Shown here: positions 26,066 to 37,627 of the stretch, in pieces
Layout of the letters: every line of letters starts with the position of its first letter
How positions within the stretch are numbered: the stretch's first letter is position 1
DNA from: Callorhinchus milii
Lineage: Eukaryota
Length of the DNA: 64,000 bases
Assembly: GCF_018977255.1 (NCBI RefSeq)
Contig: NW_024704742.1
Coordinates: 54,438,001 to 54,502,000, forward strand
Direction: 5' to 3'
Notes under the pieces: model-generated
The model's input: the letters and a program-made list of their open reading frames with translations, nothing else
Database searches by the model: none
What the model was told of the DNA's origin: nothing
Made by a program: the position numbers and the translations under genes

Positions 26066-26626
26066 AGGGCTGTTTGTGGGTTATTGTTCTACCAAATACC
26101 CATAACCACGCTTTACAGTAAATCTTGTGAAGTGCTTTGAGAAGTTTTCCCAACATGAAAGGCACTATATCAAATATAAGGATTATAAACCTTATAAATC
26201 ATGAAACATTTGAAGTAGATCTGAACTGTATTGCTGCTTTCAAGCACTTGCTGGGTTATACATTAAGCAACCACCAGCAACAGATAAAATTGTGCATTCA
26301 CTTCATGGCTGTTTATGGGTCATTGCTGTGTGGAAATTGGCTGCTGCATTTGTCTACAAAATACACCATTAGTACACTCTACAGTAAATCCTGTGAAGAT
26401 CTTTGAGTTATGTTTATGATGTGATCAGACACTATACCAATTGCAAGGATTATTATTAAGCAATATATGCAAGCTTTCTGAAACACTCCAAAAGTTCCAC
26501 CTTCTTGTTTCACCCACAAAATATACAGTCATTTCACTTTACAGTATATTCTGTGAAGCTCTTTGAGATGTCTTGAAGACATGATAAGGCGATATATTAA
26601 ATGCAAGGATTATTGTTATTATTATT
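26066..26626 (+). mobile_element. Cluster of three SINE 3' fragments (~26066-26188, ~26285-26458, ~26506-26626)
   Basis: Three successive copies of the cactttacagta..gtgaag..ctttgag..atcaaatgcaaggatt tail. Confidence 0.75.
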
Positions 26627-27879
26627 CTTTGCTTGACTATTGGTAAAATACACAAGTAACCTCTTCTTTTTAGTCACAGTTAAACTACCATAATGTATCA
26701 TGAATAATCACAAAGGTAAGTGTGCAAAGGTGATACTGTTTTTTGTTAATTAAAGTGTATTGTATTTTTTGTTACTTTGCATATATAATATCTGACAGTA
26801 ATGCACTAATGAATTTAATTGTAAAACAATATTTCATCATTTCCTCCACAAACCACTGAATATATATGGATTGGTACTGAAAACGTAAATCTCGTCTAGG
26901 AAGTAATGAAATAGTTAAAACATTGCACAGAATGCTGCTTGAACACATCCAGGTTATTCTGAAATAACCCAATCTTACCTTCACTTCACAGGCTGAACAA
27001 GAAGGTGTTGAATCCGTTGAGAGTAAGCACTTAAGGCTTTAAAAGATGACTGCAAATTATGCATGCACTGTGTGTTTTACAATAAAGGCAGTCTGCAAGC
27101 AATTTTAAAAAGAATTGGTAGGATGATATCAGTAGTACGAAATACCTATTTAAAAAGAAATGTGTCAGTGTGCAGATGCAAATTAGTTCAGTTGCAATTA
27201 TAAAACGTGTAAAATTCCCATTACCTTGGAGATGTGAGTTTTCTGAGATTGCTTGAAGGCTGCTCTGTCTGCTGTGAAAATAAGCAGTGTATGCAGGATC
27301 AGTCGTGTATAACATGACAATACAGCACTTCTGGTTACAGTAGTTGTAAAATTGAATCTGTGTTGAAACAATTTTATTCACAGACTGGTGGCTCATGGTA
27401 GAAAGGTACTTAGTAGTTCCATTTACTATATTGTAAGACTTTCAACTCAGGAATATTTCTGTGATAATGCAATACCATGTTATGTGGATAGAAAGCACAA
27501 AGAAAACACTTGTTTAGAAAGGTGTCCAGCTTGAAATGCATGCAATTCGCTGCCACCTATCTGATTAAATCTAACATATATAATGGGAATGCATCAATTG
27601 TAGTTGACAGCTTTTGGAATTGTTATTGCAGCTTCAACATGTGTGAATATCTCTATTTTGTAACTTATTTGTTTCCCAATGGAGTGCCACAGCCTAGTGA
27701 ATTAAGATTTCTGTGAATTAAGATTTTACAGATTATTTAAAGTTTGTATCAATAAATACTGTTATTTCTATTAGTGATTTTAAGATGTGTCTTGCTTCAG
27801 CTTCCAACTGAGACTCCAGGATTACAATAAGCATGGTGTATTACCATGTATATTGTATGATAATATAATGATAATATAT

Positions 27880-28004
27880 TGGCTGCCACATTTTGCCCAC
27901 AGATATACAGTCAATTCACTTTACAGTACATTCGGTAAAGAGCTTTGAGACGTCTAGAAGACGTGAAAAGCGCTATATCAAATACAAGGATTATTATTAT
28001 TATT
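27880..28004 (+). mobile_element. SINE 3' fragment (young)
   Basis: ttggctgccacattttgcccacagatatacagtc...gacgtctagaagacgtgaaaagcgctatatc then (ATT)n. Confidence 0.85.
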
Positions 28005-28285
28005 ACATAGGAATCAATTCATTGTGTAGCCACTGATTTGGTGCCTAAAGCCAGATTGAAAGTAAATTGCATAGTTATCTATACTCATACCTTTATCTCT
28101 TCTAGGACCATGGCTAAAATTAAGATACACAAGGTACACAATAACAACAGGTTAAATGGACCTTGTTGTTATATAAAATGTATTGAACTAAACAGTCATG
28201 ATATACTGCACCAATTTTAATCAGATACTCCTGAAAATAATACTGACTGTGTTTTGAGTCAACTCAAGATTCCAATGTTATATTG

Positions 28286-28757
28286 TGGAGTCCTGTAGCA
28301 CATTGGTTAGAGCACTCACCTCACAAGTGAGATGATCCGAGTTCTGTCAGGGCAAAACTCTAGGCAAGTTTCCATGTTTCACACGCCTCTATTTACCTAC
28401 AATAACAGCAAAATACATGTGTAAGTGGCCTTTCATGTTGGGAGAATGACACAAGAAGCAACACGGTTGTTAGTTGATTGGCGGATAGCTTTATGGAGTA
28501 ATAATTCCTTCAAAAGTGAATGAATGAATGAATGAATGAATGAATGAATGAATGGATGGATGGATGGATGGATGGGTGACTGGCTGGGTTGGTGGGTGGG
28601 TGGGTGGATTAGTGGATGGGTGGGTGGGTGGGTGGAAGGACGGACGGACGGACGGACGGATGGATGGATGGAGCTGGCGCATTTCGCCCATAAAATATAC
28701 TTTGAGATGCCTCAATGATGTAATAAACACTATATCAAATGCAAGGATTATTATTAT
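28286..28757 (+). mobile_element. tRNA-derived SINE family A interrupted by an L2 tail (~28399-28460) and a microsatellite
   Basis: Head TGGAGTCCTGTAGCACATTGGTTAGAGC and tail present; the middle is replaced by a tetranucleotide array. Confidence 0.8.
28517..28671 (+). repeat. Compound (TGAA)n(TGGA)n(TGGG)n(CGGA)n(TGGA)n microsatellite
   Basis: Directly visible stepwise motif change. Confidence 0.95.
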
Positions 28758-29100
28758 TTTTAATTTAAGCTAAGTAATAAAACCAGACTTTCAGTCTTTT
28801 AAGTTTTATAAACCAGACATAAATGATTTAACGGTGAATAATAATGCAGAGAAACTTCTAGGAAACTTTCATTTGCTTATCTGAAAAAATGTTGGAGCCA
28901 TAATTGCCTTGGAGATATTAGTCTTGAAGCAACATTAAAATGTTTGAAATGTTGTCTTTACTGTGCTTCTTGTTTTATTCAAGATTCAGTGAATCTTTTA
29001 CATGCTTATCAGGCACAACCATTCTGTTTCTATAGGAATATATCCCACGTATCTGAAGCTATATGAATTTTCGTTTTCGAGATACCCATAAAAGGCTTCA

Positions 29101-29568
29101 AATAATAATAACCCTTGTATTTGGTATGGAGTCTTTCACTTTGGGAGGACATCTCAAAATGCTTCACGGGATTTAATGTAAAGTGGATTTACTATATATT
29201 GAACATGTCAATCCAATTGCATACAGCAATGTCCTAGAAACAGCCATGAAATTATTGACTTTTATTTTCGACAATTGTCGGCCAGGATACCAGGCAAAAC
29301 TCCCTTCTCTTTTCAAATAGTGTAATGGCATCTCTAACATCCACCTGAACAGGCAGACAACAACAACAACTGGCATTTATACAGTGCCCTTCATGCGGGG
29401 CAGTGTCTCGGAGCGCTTAACAGTGGTGGAGCCCAATATTGAGTCGGGTGGAGGGAGGAGATAACCGTAAACACGGTCGAAGAGGGGACCTCAGTTTAAC
29501 ATCTCACCCGAAGGACAGCACCTCTGACAGTGAACCCCCAGCAGTGGATTGGGGTATCATCTTAGACT
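29101..29568 (-). mobile_element. Deu-domain SINE with a nested L2 3' end (~29358-29483)
   Basis: Deu core split as ccacctgaacaggcagac[aacaacaac...ggtcgaaga]ggggacctcagtttaacatctcacccgaagg. Confidence 0.8.
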
Positions 29569-29599
29569 CATGGCTCACTGTCTCCATGCCTTGACACTG

Positions 29600-29706
29600 C
29601 CTATTGCATAGTTGGCATATATATGTGGAATTCTTAGTCTGGTTTGGATACTCTTAAGCATGGTCATAGGGGTTCTGCATATTTTAGACATCCAGCTGAT
29701 CAAAAA
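29600..29706. mobile_element. Family C repeat, short copy, inverted relative to 29757
   Basis: ggtttggatactcttaagcatggt is the reverse complement of accatgtttaagagtatccaaacc at ~29801. Confidence 0.65.
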
Positions 29707-29756
29707 TAACATAATTCCATATTTAGCGATTGTTTTAAATATTAGAGATTTAGATT

Positions 29757-30010
29757 TTTTGTGGTGTCAGTTGGGCGTCTGACACATGCAGAAACTAATC
29801 ACCATGTTTAAGAGTATCCAAACCAAGCAAAATTCCATGCGTCCATCTATACATTGAAATGCCAGGTATATTTATTGGAATGGAATGCGCACTCTGTCCC
29901 TGGAGGGTGCATCCTGCTAAGTTAAATCTTGAAAGTGTTAGGCACAGGTTGACAAGAAGCAAGCCTTAGGGATCTAAGAATGTGCATTGGGGTACTGCTG
30001 GTATCTACCT
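29757..30010. mobile_element. Family C repeat, copy 2
   Basis: Colinear with 17676-17935; another short copy lies at ~31148-31228. Confidence 0.75.
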
Positions 30011-30047
30011 GAATGTGATGGACTATTCCATTACACCTTCCCTCGGG

Positions 30048-30382
30048 ATAATAATAATAATAAAATAATAATCCTTGCATTTGATATAGCGCTTTTCACG
30101 TCGGGAGGACGTCCTAAAGCGCTTCACAGAACACACTGTAAAGTGAATTGACTGTATATTTGTGGGCGAATGCGGCAGCTAATTGCGCACAGCAATGTCC
30201 CACAAACAGTCGTAGATCGAAAATGACCAATTTATTATTGTTTTGGGTTTTGGAGGGATTATTATTAGGCTCTGTGTGGAGTAAGGAAACTTGCCCAAGG
30301 TTTCGCCCTGACCTGCCTGGAATTGAACTCAGGTCTCTCACTTGCAAAGCGAGTGCTCTAACCACTGAGCTACAGGACTCCA
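30048..30382 (-). mobile_element. tRNA-derived SINE family A (short variant), young full-length copy
   Basis: (AAT)n tail through GCTACAGGACTCCA; near-identical to 12193-12513. Confidence 0.92.
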
Positions 30383-31834
30383 CAAGCTGGATGTACAAGC
30401 TTCCTATAAAATATTTTTTGACTGCGATGCAATGGGTTCTGCAGCACACAGCTGTATCTTTGGACGTTCAGATTGTTATTCGGCCCAGGTGGTTTGTTAA
30501 CTGTTCTGGAAATGTGAACAAATAAATACTGCAGGTGCTTAATGCTAAGATTATATTTTCTGTGTACACTTCACAAACGAGTGTTGGGCACTGACATAAT
30601 TCTGTACAGTTTCATTAAAAATGTAAACAGGTTTTTTCACCCACTGCTTTCACAGAAATGCAATTTGGGCCAATTATGACCATTTTATGAATTTCTATTA
30701 CTACAATATTTTAATCCGGTAAATAACCATTCCATTAATCTGGATGGAAAGACAGTGTTCAGTCCTTTGTTTACCCTGCCTGCCTTGGAGATGTAGTACT
30801 TTACACAGGAGGACTGAAAGCTTATACTGTCTATTTAGAAAATTGGAGCTGCAGCTGTCCCTGAAATTGTCATGGATCACACTACAGTATTTAGAAAACG
30901 GCGATGCCAAGAACTATTATAGATCAATTATTAGTGGACGTTAAGGCCTAAAATATGGGTTGGGTTATTAATTAATGGGTTAACCATGTTCAAATGTATA
31001 GGTGCAGTACGTTTAATATGTAATTCATAAGTAATGGATTGCAGAATTTCATGCAATCATTTTCATTGCTTGTTAATTAAATAACAAACAAAAAATGTGC
31101 ATTTTCTGCACTCACATGCTGGAGGCCATTAGCACTCCAGTAATCTTCTTTGATCAGCCAGTTGTCTTGACACATGCAGAAACCCATAACCATTGCTTAA
31201 GAGGATTCAAACCAGACAAGGTTCTGCTTATGAACATGAACATTTTCAGCATTTTCCACAACCCTTTATGTGGAAAAATATTTTCTGATTTCACTGTCGA
31301 GTGAATAGAGTGATTCCAACACCCCTATAGCATTTGAGTAATCATAAATTCTCATAGCAAACAAACCTTTGGTTGTTGTATGGGTCACTTATATGCCATA
31401 AATACTGTACAATAGACTTTGCTGAAAGATGCAAATAAAAATATCCCCCTGTCCATTTCAAGCCCATAAAAGTGTTTGTGCACTTAAGCACAAAAGTTGT
31501 AACCATTTTTCAAGTGGCTTTATTATTAAAGACTTTGTAGGTTTAGTAACTTTTTAAATTTACAATAGTCTAAGGTGAATAAGTACAAACATATTTATCA
31601 ATTAAATGCTTCAATAAATTCCACTGCACTTGTGTTGCTTTGGGCAGGAATTATTTATCCAGAATTATTTGTGCTCCAGTCAAAAAGATTTACCACTTTC
31701 ATGGTCAGTTTCATTTTAACAAGATAGCTCAATAGAGCATCCAGAACTCACTTATAAATTAGCATGCATCCTGTGCTAGAATATGTGAGACTGATATTGT
31801 ATCCATCAAAACAGTATTTTGATCCTAGCAATCT

Positions 31835-32246
31835 GTGATATAGCACCTTATCACATTGTCGAAATGTCTTAAATGGCTTCACAGGAATATAGTAACTGTG
31901 TATTTTGTGGGCAAAATGCAGTAGCCAGTCTGTGAACGGCAATGTTCCGCAAACAACCATGGAGTGAGTGACCAATTTTATTTGAGGATTTGTTGGCCGG
32001 GACACCGGGAGAAACTCTCTTCTCTTTTTGAATATTGCCATGGGATCTTTAACCTCCACCTAAACAGACAAATAAGACCTCGATTTAACGTCTCATCCGA
32101 AGGACCGTACCTCTGACAGTGCAACACCCCCCAGCACTGCACTGGAGTGTCAGTTTAGACTATGTGATTCTAAGTACCAGCATGGGGTTTGAACTCGCAA
32201 TCCTCTGACTCAGAGGCGAGAGTGCTACTACTGAGCCAGATTGACA
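31835..32246 (-). mobile_element. Deu-domain SINE (SacSINE1-like), full length
   Basis: Reverse Deu core gccatgggatctttaacctccacc..cgatttaacgtctcatccgaagg and head gactcagaggcgagagtgctactactgagcca. Confidence 0.88.
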
Positions 32247-33488
32247 CAAAATTTACTATTTAGTGTAGTCTCTTCCTGGAGGAATCCACCCCGTTTGAAT
32301 GATCTCTAGAATTAGGTAAGCAGGGTGAGTTTGTCTTAGAGAGAGTGTGGATTTCATTCTGGAAATGTAGAATTCACTACCCTGAAAAGGTTGTAGATGC
32401 CAGGTCTGTTTATATATTTAAGAGGGAGGCAATGGAGTCAAGGATAGAAGTAAGAAAATTGAAATTGAAACAATTGAATGGTGGAAATGGAATGAGGAAG
32501 AAATAGTCTGATCTGATAGATACTTAAATGAAACTACCAGCCTTTCAACCTCTATTATCAGCCAAGGCAAGTGAACCTACTTGAAAACCAATAATGAAAA
32601 TAGTATAGGAAGAACTGGACATAGATCTGAAGAGAAGATGGCTAAGAAACCAGGAAGAGAGAGCCATACTTGACTTTGGCACTCAGTACATGAGGGATGA
32701 TCTGTAACAAAGTTTGTATTCCATTGTTTCTGCCCTCAAGTTGAAACACAGATGATTATTAGACCCAGTTAACACTAGGTAAGTATAGATTTTTTTAATG
32801 CTCCGTACAAACCTTTATTTCTCTCTCTGGACACTGTAACTCTACAATTAAAACACTTTGACTCTTTGATCTAAGGTTGAGCCCAGCTATATTCTGTAAT
32901 TGTGTTATTGCCTTTCACTTAAAATATTTACTTAAATTCACAATAAATAAACAGTTTAATACATTTATTTGTGCCTTCTCAAGATCTTGATTCTCCTTTG
33001 GTCAACCATTAGATTAGATCTTGTCATTGTTTTATCAGTTTCTGAAAAACAAAAGGCAGAATCGACCACAGAAGATGTATAACAACAACAACTTGCACTG
33101 CATAGTGTCCTTCACACAGGATAGCATCTCAGCAATACACAGCGCTAGAACTCATGCTTGTAGAAATTTCTCGATTGTTTAAAGATTAAACTGACTGAGA
33201 ATTTAATATGTAACATGATTGAAAGTAATTCATGGCATCACTACATCAATATCACCTCTTAGTCATCTGTTTGTACCCCACTGCTCTGCCTGTCCCACTG
33301 CTCAGCTTGCTGTAAGACCCCCATCCTTTCTGCTCCACCGTCAGTGGCCAAGGCTTCAATCACTAAATCCCACCTTCAATCACACCTGTGGTCAACTTTC
33401 CTTCTTCCTTCCTCTTTGTCCAATCCTGCCGTTGTGAAACACTTCAATATGTTAGCCTAAGATGTGAAGAGTATGATTTGCAATTTAT

Positions 33489-33745
33489 TACAAATCCAAA
33501 ATTACATATGTATAGCACCTTTCACGTCAGGCATGTGTCCCAAGGCACTGGACAGTCAGGAGTTTGGACCTGAGCAGGGAGATTAGGATCAGGAAGGGTG
33601 GAGAGCAGGGAAGATAGGGGTAGGAGGGTGACTGAAGGCACGGTCAAAGAAGAGGGTCTTGAGACATGCCTTGAAGTAGTCAAGGGAGGGAGCGAGGTGA
33701 AGTGGATGTGGGATGGAGGCTGAAGGCCTGATCACGAATGGTGAT
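33489..33745 (-). mobile_element. L2 LINE 3' end
   Basis: Minus ORF PLHLAPSLDYFKACLKTLFF; reverse tail tatagcacctttcacgtcagg. Confidence 0.8.
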
Positions 33746-36479
33746 GTTGTATATTTGATAGATTTCTCTTTGTTATTTAACAACATTCTGTAGATTCTTC
33801 ATCATCTTTTAGCATCCAAAAAGGGGTGGATATTTTAAATATATATCCACTACCGATGTTCTTTATCTTGAATTGTTTTACATATGATAATCATTAGGAT
33901 GTATGGAATCAATTTTCTTAGAGGAGTATATAGCAAACTGCAGCTTGTGAAGTGAATGTTAATCTGAACTGAGAGGGTGTTGGAAACCTGCTGTACAAAT
34001 CCAGCAAGGCGATTAGCTGACTTTGTTCTTAGGTTTTTTTGTGAGGAATTAGGTGGAAATCCAAACCCACTTAAAATGTAACTGGACAATAATAAAAAAA
34101 CTAATACTTGGAATTAACATGGGGCCTCATCTTCAAACGTCTCACAGAGAATAGCAAACAGTGTTACTTTAACATGTGAACATTATACTGAGAGAAGACA
34201 GCCAATCTACGTCATATACTATAATGAGGTGATTAGCCAATTAATTTGATTTGGGGATGAATTTGGATGAGGGAAGATTATCGGTAAGGACATGTAAAAT
34301 TTTGATTTATTGGTAAGTAAAAGGAAATGACTAAAAGTGTACAGGGAAAATTAGAGGGAAACAAAGAAAAAGAATAAGAGGTTGGGAGCTCAGGTCCATA
34401 TCAGCATCCAATACTGCGCATAAAGAGGTTTAGGGGTTTCGTCATTACATCAGTAATTGCCATCATGATACTGAAGGATAAGATAGATGCACTGTTTTTT
34501 GTGATCTATAAACCAGATATACTGCAGTATAATATATTGAAGTCTTTATTGACCATTTCCCATTCTTTTTGTCTGAACAGCAGGGACACAGATTGCTCAC
34601 ATCCATTTCTATATCTGTGGGTTTGAGCTTGGGTTTGCTATTAATGGTGCTGTTGAAATCTTTTACGTGAAGGCAATGAGTGATCACAAGTGCTCCGTGC
34701 ACCACACGTTCTAGCTTTTTAGTTTAATAGGGAGGTTTGTCTTACTGCTGTTTTCGACGTTTTGGAGAAATAGTGTTCCCATTAAAGTGACTTGCAAATC
34801 CATTACTTGAGCATTACTTTGGTTATACAATATATGAATTTAAAAGCACAGAGTAACTATAGAATCTGAACTAGATCTCAGTGATCCATGTGTGACGTCT
34901 TCTGTTTTAAGAAGTTCAACATTGCTGGAACAATGCTATACAAATTGACTACCACGTTTACCTACAAAATACATAGTTACTTTACAGTAGAATAATGTGA
35001 AGTGTTTGAGACACATGAATACACTATATCAAATAAAGATTATAACGTAACATATTGTAACATGTTGTATCCACTCATAGTTTAAGCAAAATACAATACT
35101 TAGATATATTTTGTTGAATGTGAAAATTGAGAATTGTTTCATACCTTCTTAGTTTCATTTGATTGCCAATAATTAAATCTATAAAACACACGCACATGTC
35201 TGCTTTAATGTTTTCCAATATTTACCCAAATCCTTTTTGTTCTGAATTTGTTGAATTTTTAATGCATATATGAGGGCAAAGGGAATAGAGGGTGTGGAAG
35301 AGGAGAGTAGGAGGGGTGGAGCAAACACTGATGCTGACTGGTTGTGGAATTGTATGTTGTTGTCTCTAAATGTTCAAACTTTGTAGCAAGAGCAAAGGCT
35401 CTGCTCTAAGGTAATTGTTTCACTGGTCACCCTGAAGCCAATGTAGAGAACAAATGAGGAGCAGCAGATTATGATGGCAGAAATGACAACTTGAATACTT
35501 GAATCACTTCACATTCTGGTCATTCCATCTTACCAACAACGCTACCTAATGTGGTACGCAACCAACTTGCAACCTAAGTTACTGCATGCACATGAATCTT
35601 GCTGCATCTCATAGGATTTGCAGCTGGTGATGATTTTGCTTCTGCAAACTATTTTTACAGAACAGCTGCTTGTGAAGTGGAAGGCAGTCAGGGCTGCTGA
35701 CAGCACCATTACCTGCCTAGATTCATCTGCTTCGTTATTAGTACTTCTCAATCCCATGTGTCTGATCTCTTTACACTCCTGTGCCAATCAAAAGTGAAAG
35801 CGAAGCATCTGCTCTGAAATCGGAATGAGAGTGACTGAATTAACAGGCCCCGCTTCATCACAGGAAAATTGTCCCCATGGGAAAATGAGCGACTATGCTC
35901 TTCACTGGTTCTTCATTATTGCAGATGGTATGAGAGTTGCTGCCTGTCATGTGCAGTGACATGTATCTTATAATTCAAGACTTGAGCCTAGATGTGTTAT
36001 AAGTCATTTGTAAGACACGGTGTAAGGCTCAGCTCCCTGATGCCTGAATACTCGGATGGATTTGCATGCAGAGAGGGAAATGCAATATATAATGAGGCAA
36101 AATTAAAAGACAGCGTCATAAAATTCACAGGTTGTAATGACTTTTTTACACCTGACTTCACTGAATTTAGCTCACTTTGCCATAAAATCATTCTGAGTGT
36201 GTTTGTGCTAAAAATCATTGGCTTAAACATCTCTACCTACTTTAGTATGCAATGCTCACATCAAGGCTTCCTGCCTCAGATTATATGAATAAAGCCAATA
36301 TATTATTCTCATCGTCTTAAATCCACCGCTGACACATTTACAGTATGCAAATTCAAAAGGCTTTCACTGGCGTTGTCATGCAACTTTGCTACTATTATAT
36401 TTTATAGCTATCTACAATCTGGACCTTTCAATGAAAGTGGATGAACATTTTCCTCATCTATTTGCTGTATCACAATTTC

Positions 36480-36745
36480 ATATATATATTCTGACTGCTT
36501 TTTCTTTATCACCATCCATTTGTTCACATCTGGATGGTGCATTTAAAATCAGGATGAAGTGCTGACATCATAATCTCATGAACATAGTAGATGTCCTTCA
36601 AATTACTCCTTCAGGGTGTTTTAATGGGTCATCAGTAAAGGTCTTATGTGGTTGAATATTTGAATATTTTGCATCAAGTTCAGCTGGAGAAGGTATCATT
36701 GAAATGAGATACAATATTTTCTCAACTCAGCAAATTGTTACTTAT
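36480..36745 (-). mobile_element. Possible very old non-LTR RT fragment (CR1/L2 group)
   Basis: Minus strand reads KILYLI..(nd)..HKTFTDDP.. then ALHPD-LNAPSR..KW, a faint echo of LFLIYINDL..KFADD..LQ.DL..L..W. Confidence 0.3.
36582..36653 (+). repeat. 72-bp direct repeat, copy 1
   Basis: 68/72 identical to 38596-38667. Confidence 0.95.
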
Positions 36746-37021
36746 TATTTATTTGTTTCTGGTGCTCATAACCTGGGCCAATAGAAAAGTGCGGAAATAT
36801 TTGTCAAACGTTATGGTGCACTTTGTAAATTTTGCGGAAGGTTGCGGAGAAATTTTCTGTATTTTGTGGGAAAAGTGCGCAGCATTAATTGTGCTATTGA
36901 GAGATGCATTTTGCTACTAACCTACATTTTTCTCTTTTCGCATTTTTAAAAACTAAACATGAAGAAATAACATATCATAGATTATTGGGAAAAAAAAATT
37001 ATTAATGTTTTCTTTAACAAA

Positions 37022-37164
37022 AACAGGAGCTTTTTCAAGCGGTATGTCTGCTTGAGTCAAACACCGCACAAAGTGCACTATCAATTCTTTCCTCTCCATA
37101 GCTGATGCAATGGCTCTAGAGAAGCAGGTTGTCAGACCAAGTTATCTTTGAGGTCCAGATCCAC
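37022..37164 (-). pseudogene. CGGBP1-like coding exon B (decayed)
   Basis: Acceptor ttttcctttctag| at 37165; GSGPQR*LGLTTCFSRAIASAMERKELIVHFVRCLTQADIPLEKAP resembles CGGBP1 QRPLTASL..EKVSVIQDFVKMCLEANIPLEKA (from memory); stop TAA at 37142-37144. Confidence 0.8.
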
Positions 37165-37387
37165 CTAGAAAGGAAAAAATAAAAATTGATCTTCATGATG
37201 CATGTCGTTAGAAATGTTCTGTCTTTTTTTTGTTTGCTGTGGTAGTTTATGTGCTTTTAAAATTCAATCAAAAAGGAGGGAGATTAACTTTTGTAATCAT
37301 ACAAATTACGATTTTCTTTCAAAATTAAAATGAAAACAAATAATGATACATTTTTATTTAATGTTAAATATATCAAAAGTATTTTAC

Positions 37388-37627
37388 CTTCATGTTTTTC
37401 TTAATTGCCGTTGCCTTATGTTCACAATGTTTCAGAGATTTCATGCGCTCATCAATGGTGCACTTGTGAACTTGTGAACATGCGTGACAGCAAACACAGC
37501 AGAACAACTGCCCCCTTTCCTCATAAAGGTCATCTGGATAGAGAGCAGTTCAATCTGAGGGACAGACAGATAATGAGACGAGCTGCCCCTTGGCTTTCTC
37601 ACGGGATTTACAAAAACATTTGGACAT
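37388..37627 (-). pseudogene. CGGBP1-like coding exon A with zinc finger (decayed)
   Basis: Acceptor tttcactttttag| at 37644, ATG at 37627; MSKCFCKSREKAKGQLVSLSVCPSD*TALYPDDLYEERGQLFCCVCCHACSQVHKCTIDERMKSLKHCEHK vs CGGBP1 TPLDRVTEFGGELHEDGGKLFCTSCNVVLNHVRKSAISDHLKSKTH (from memory); TGA at 37550-37552 fits CGA decay; donor aag|gtaaaa at 37387. Confidence 0.82.

Noticed and set aside
36582..36653. Hammerhead ribozyme or C/D snoRNA (CTGATGA on the minus strand of the 72-bp repeat)
   Set aside because: No GAAA core with flanking stems, and no terminal stem or well-placed D box
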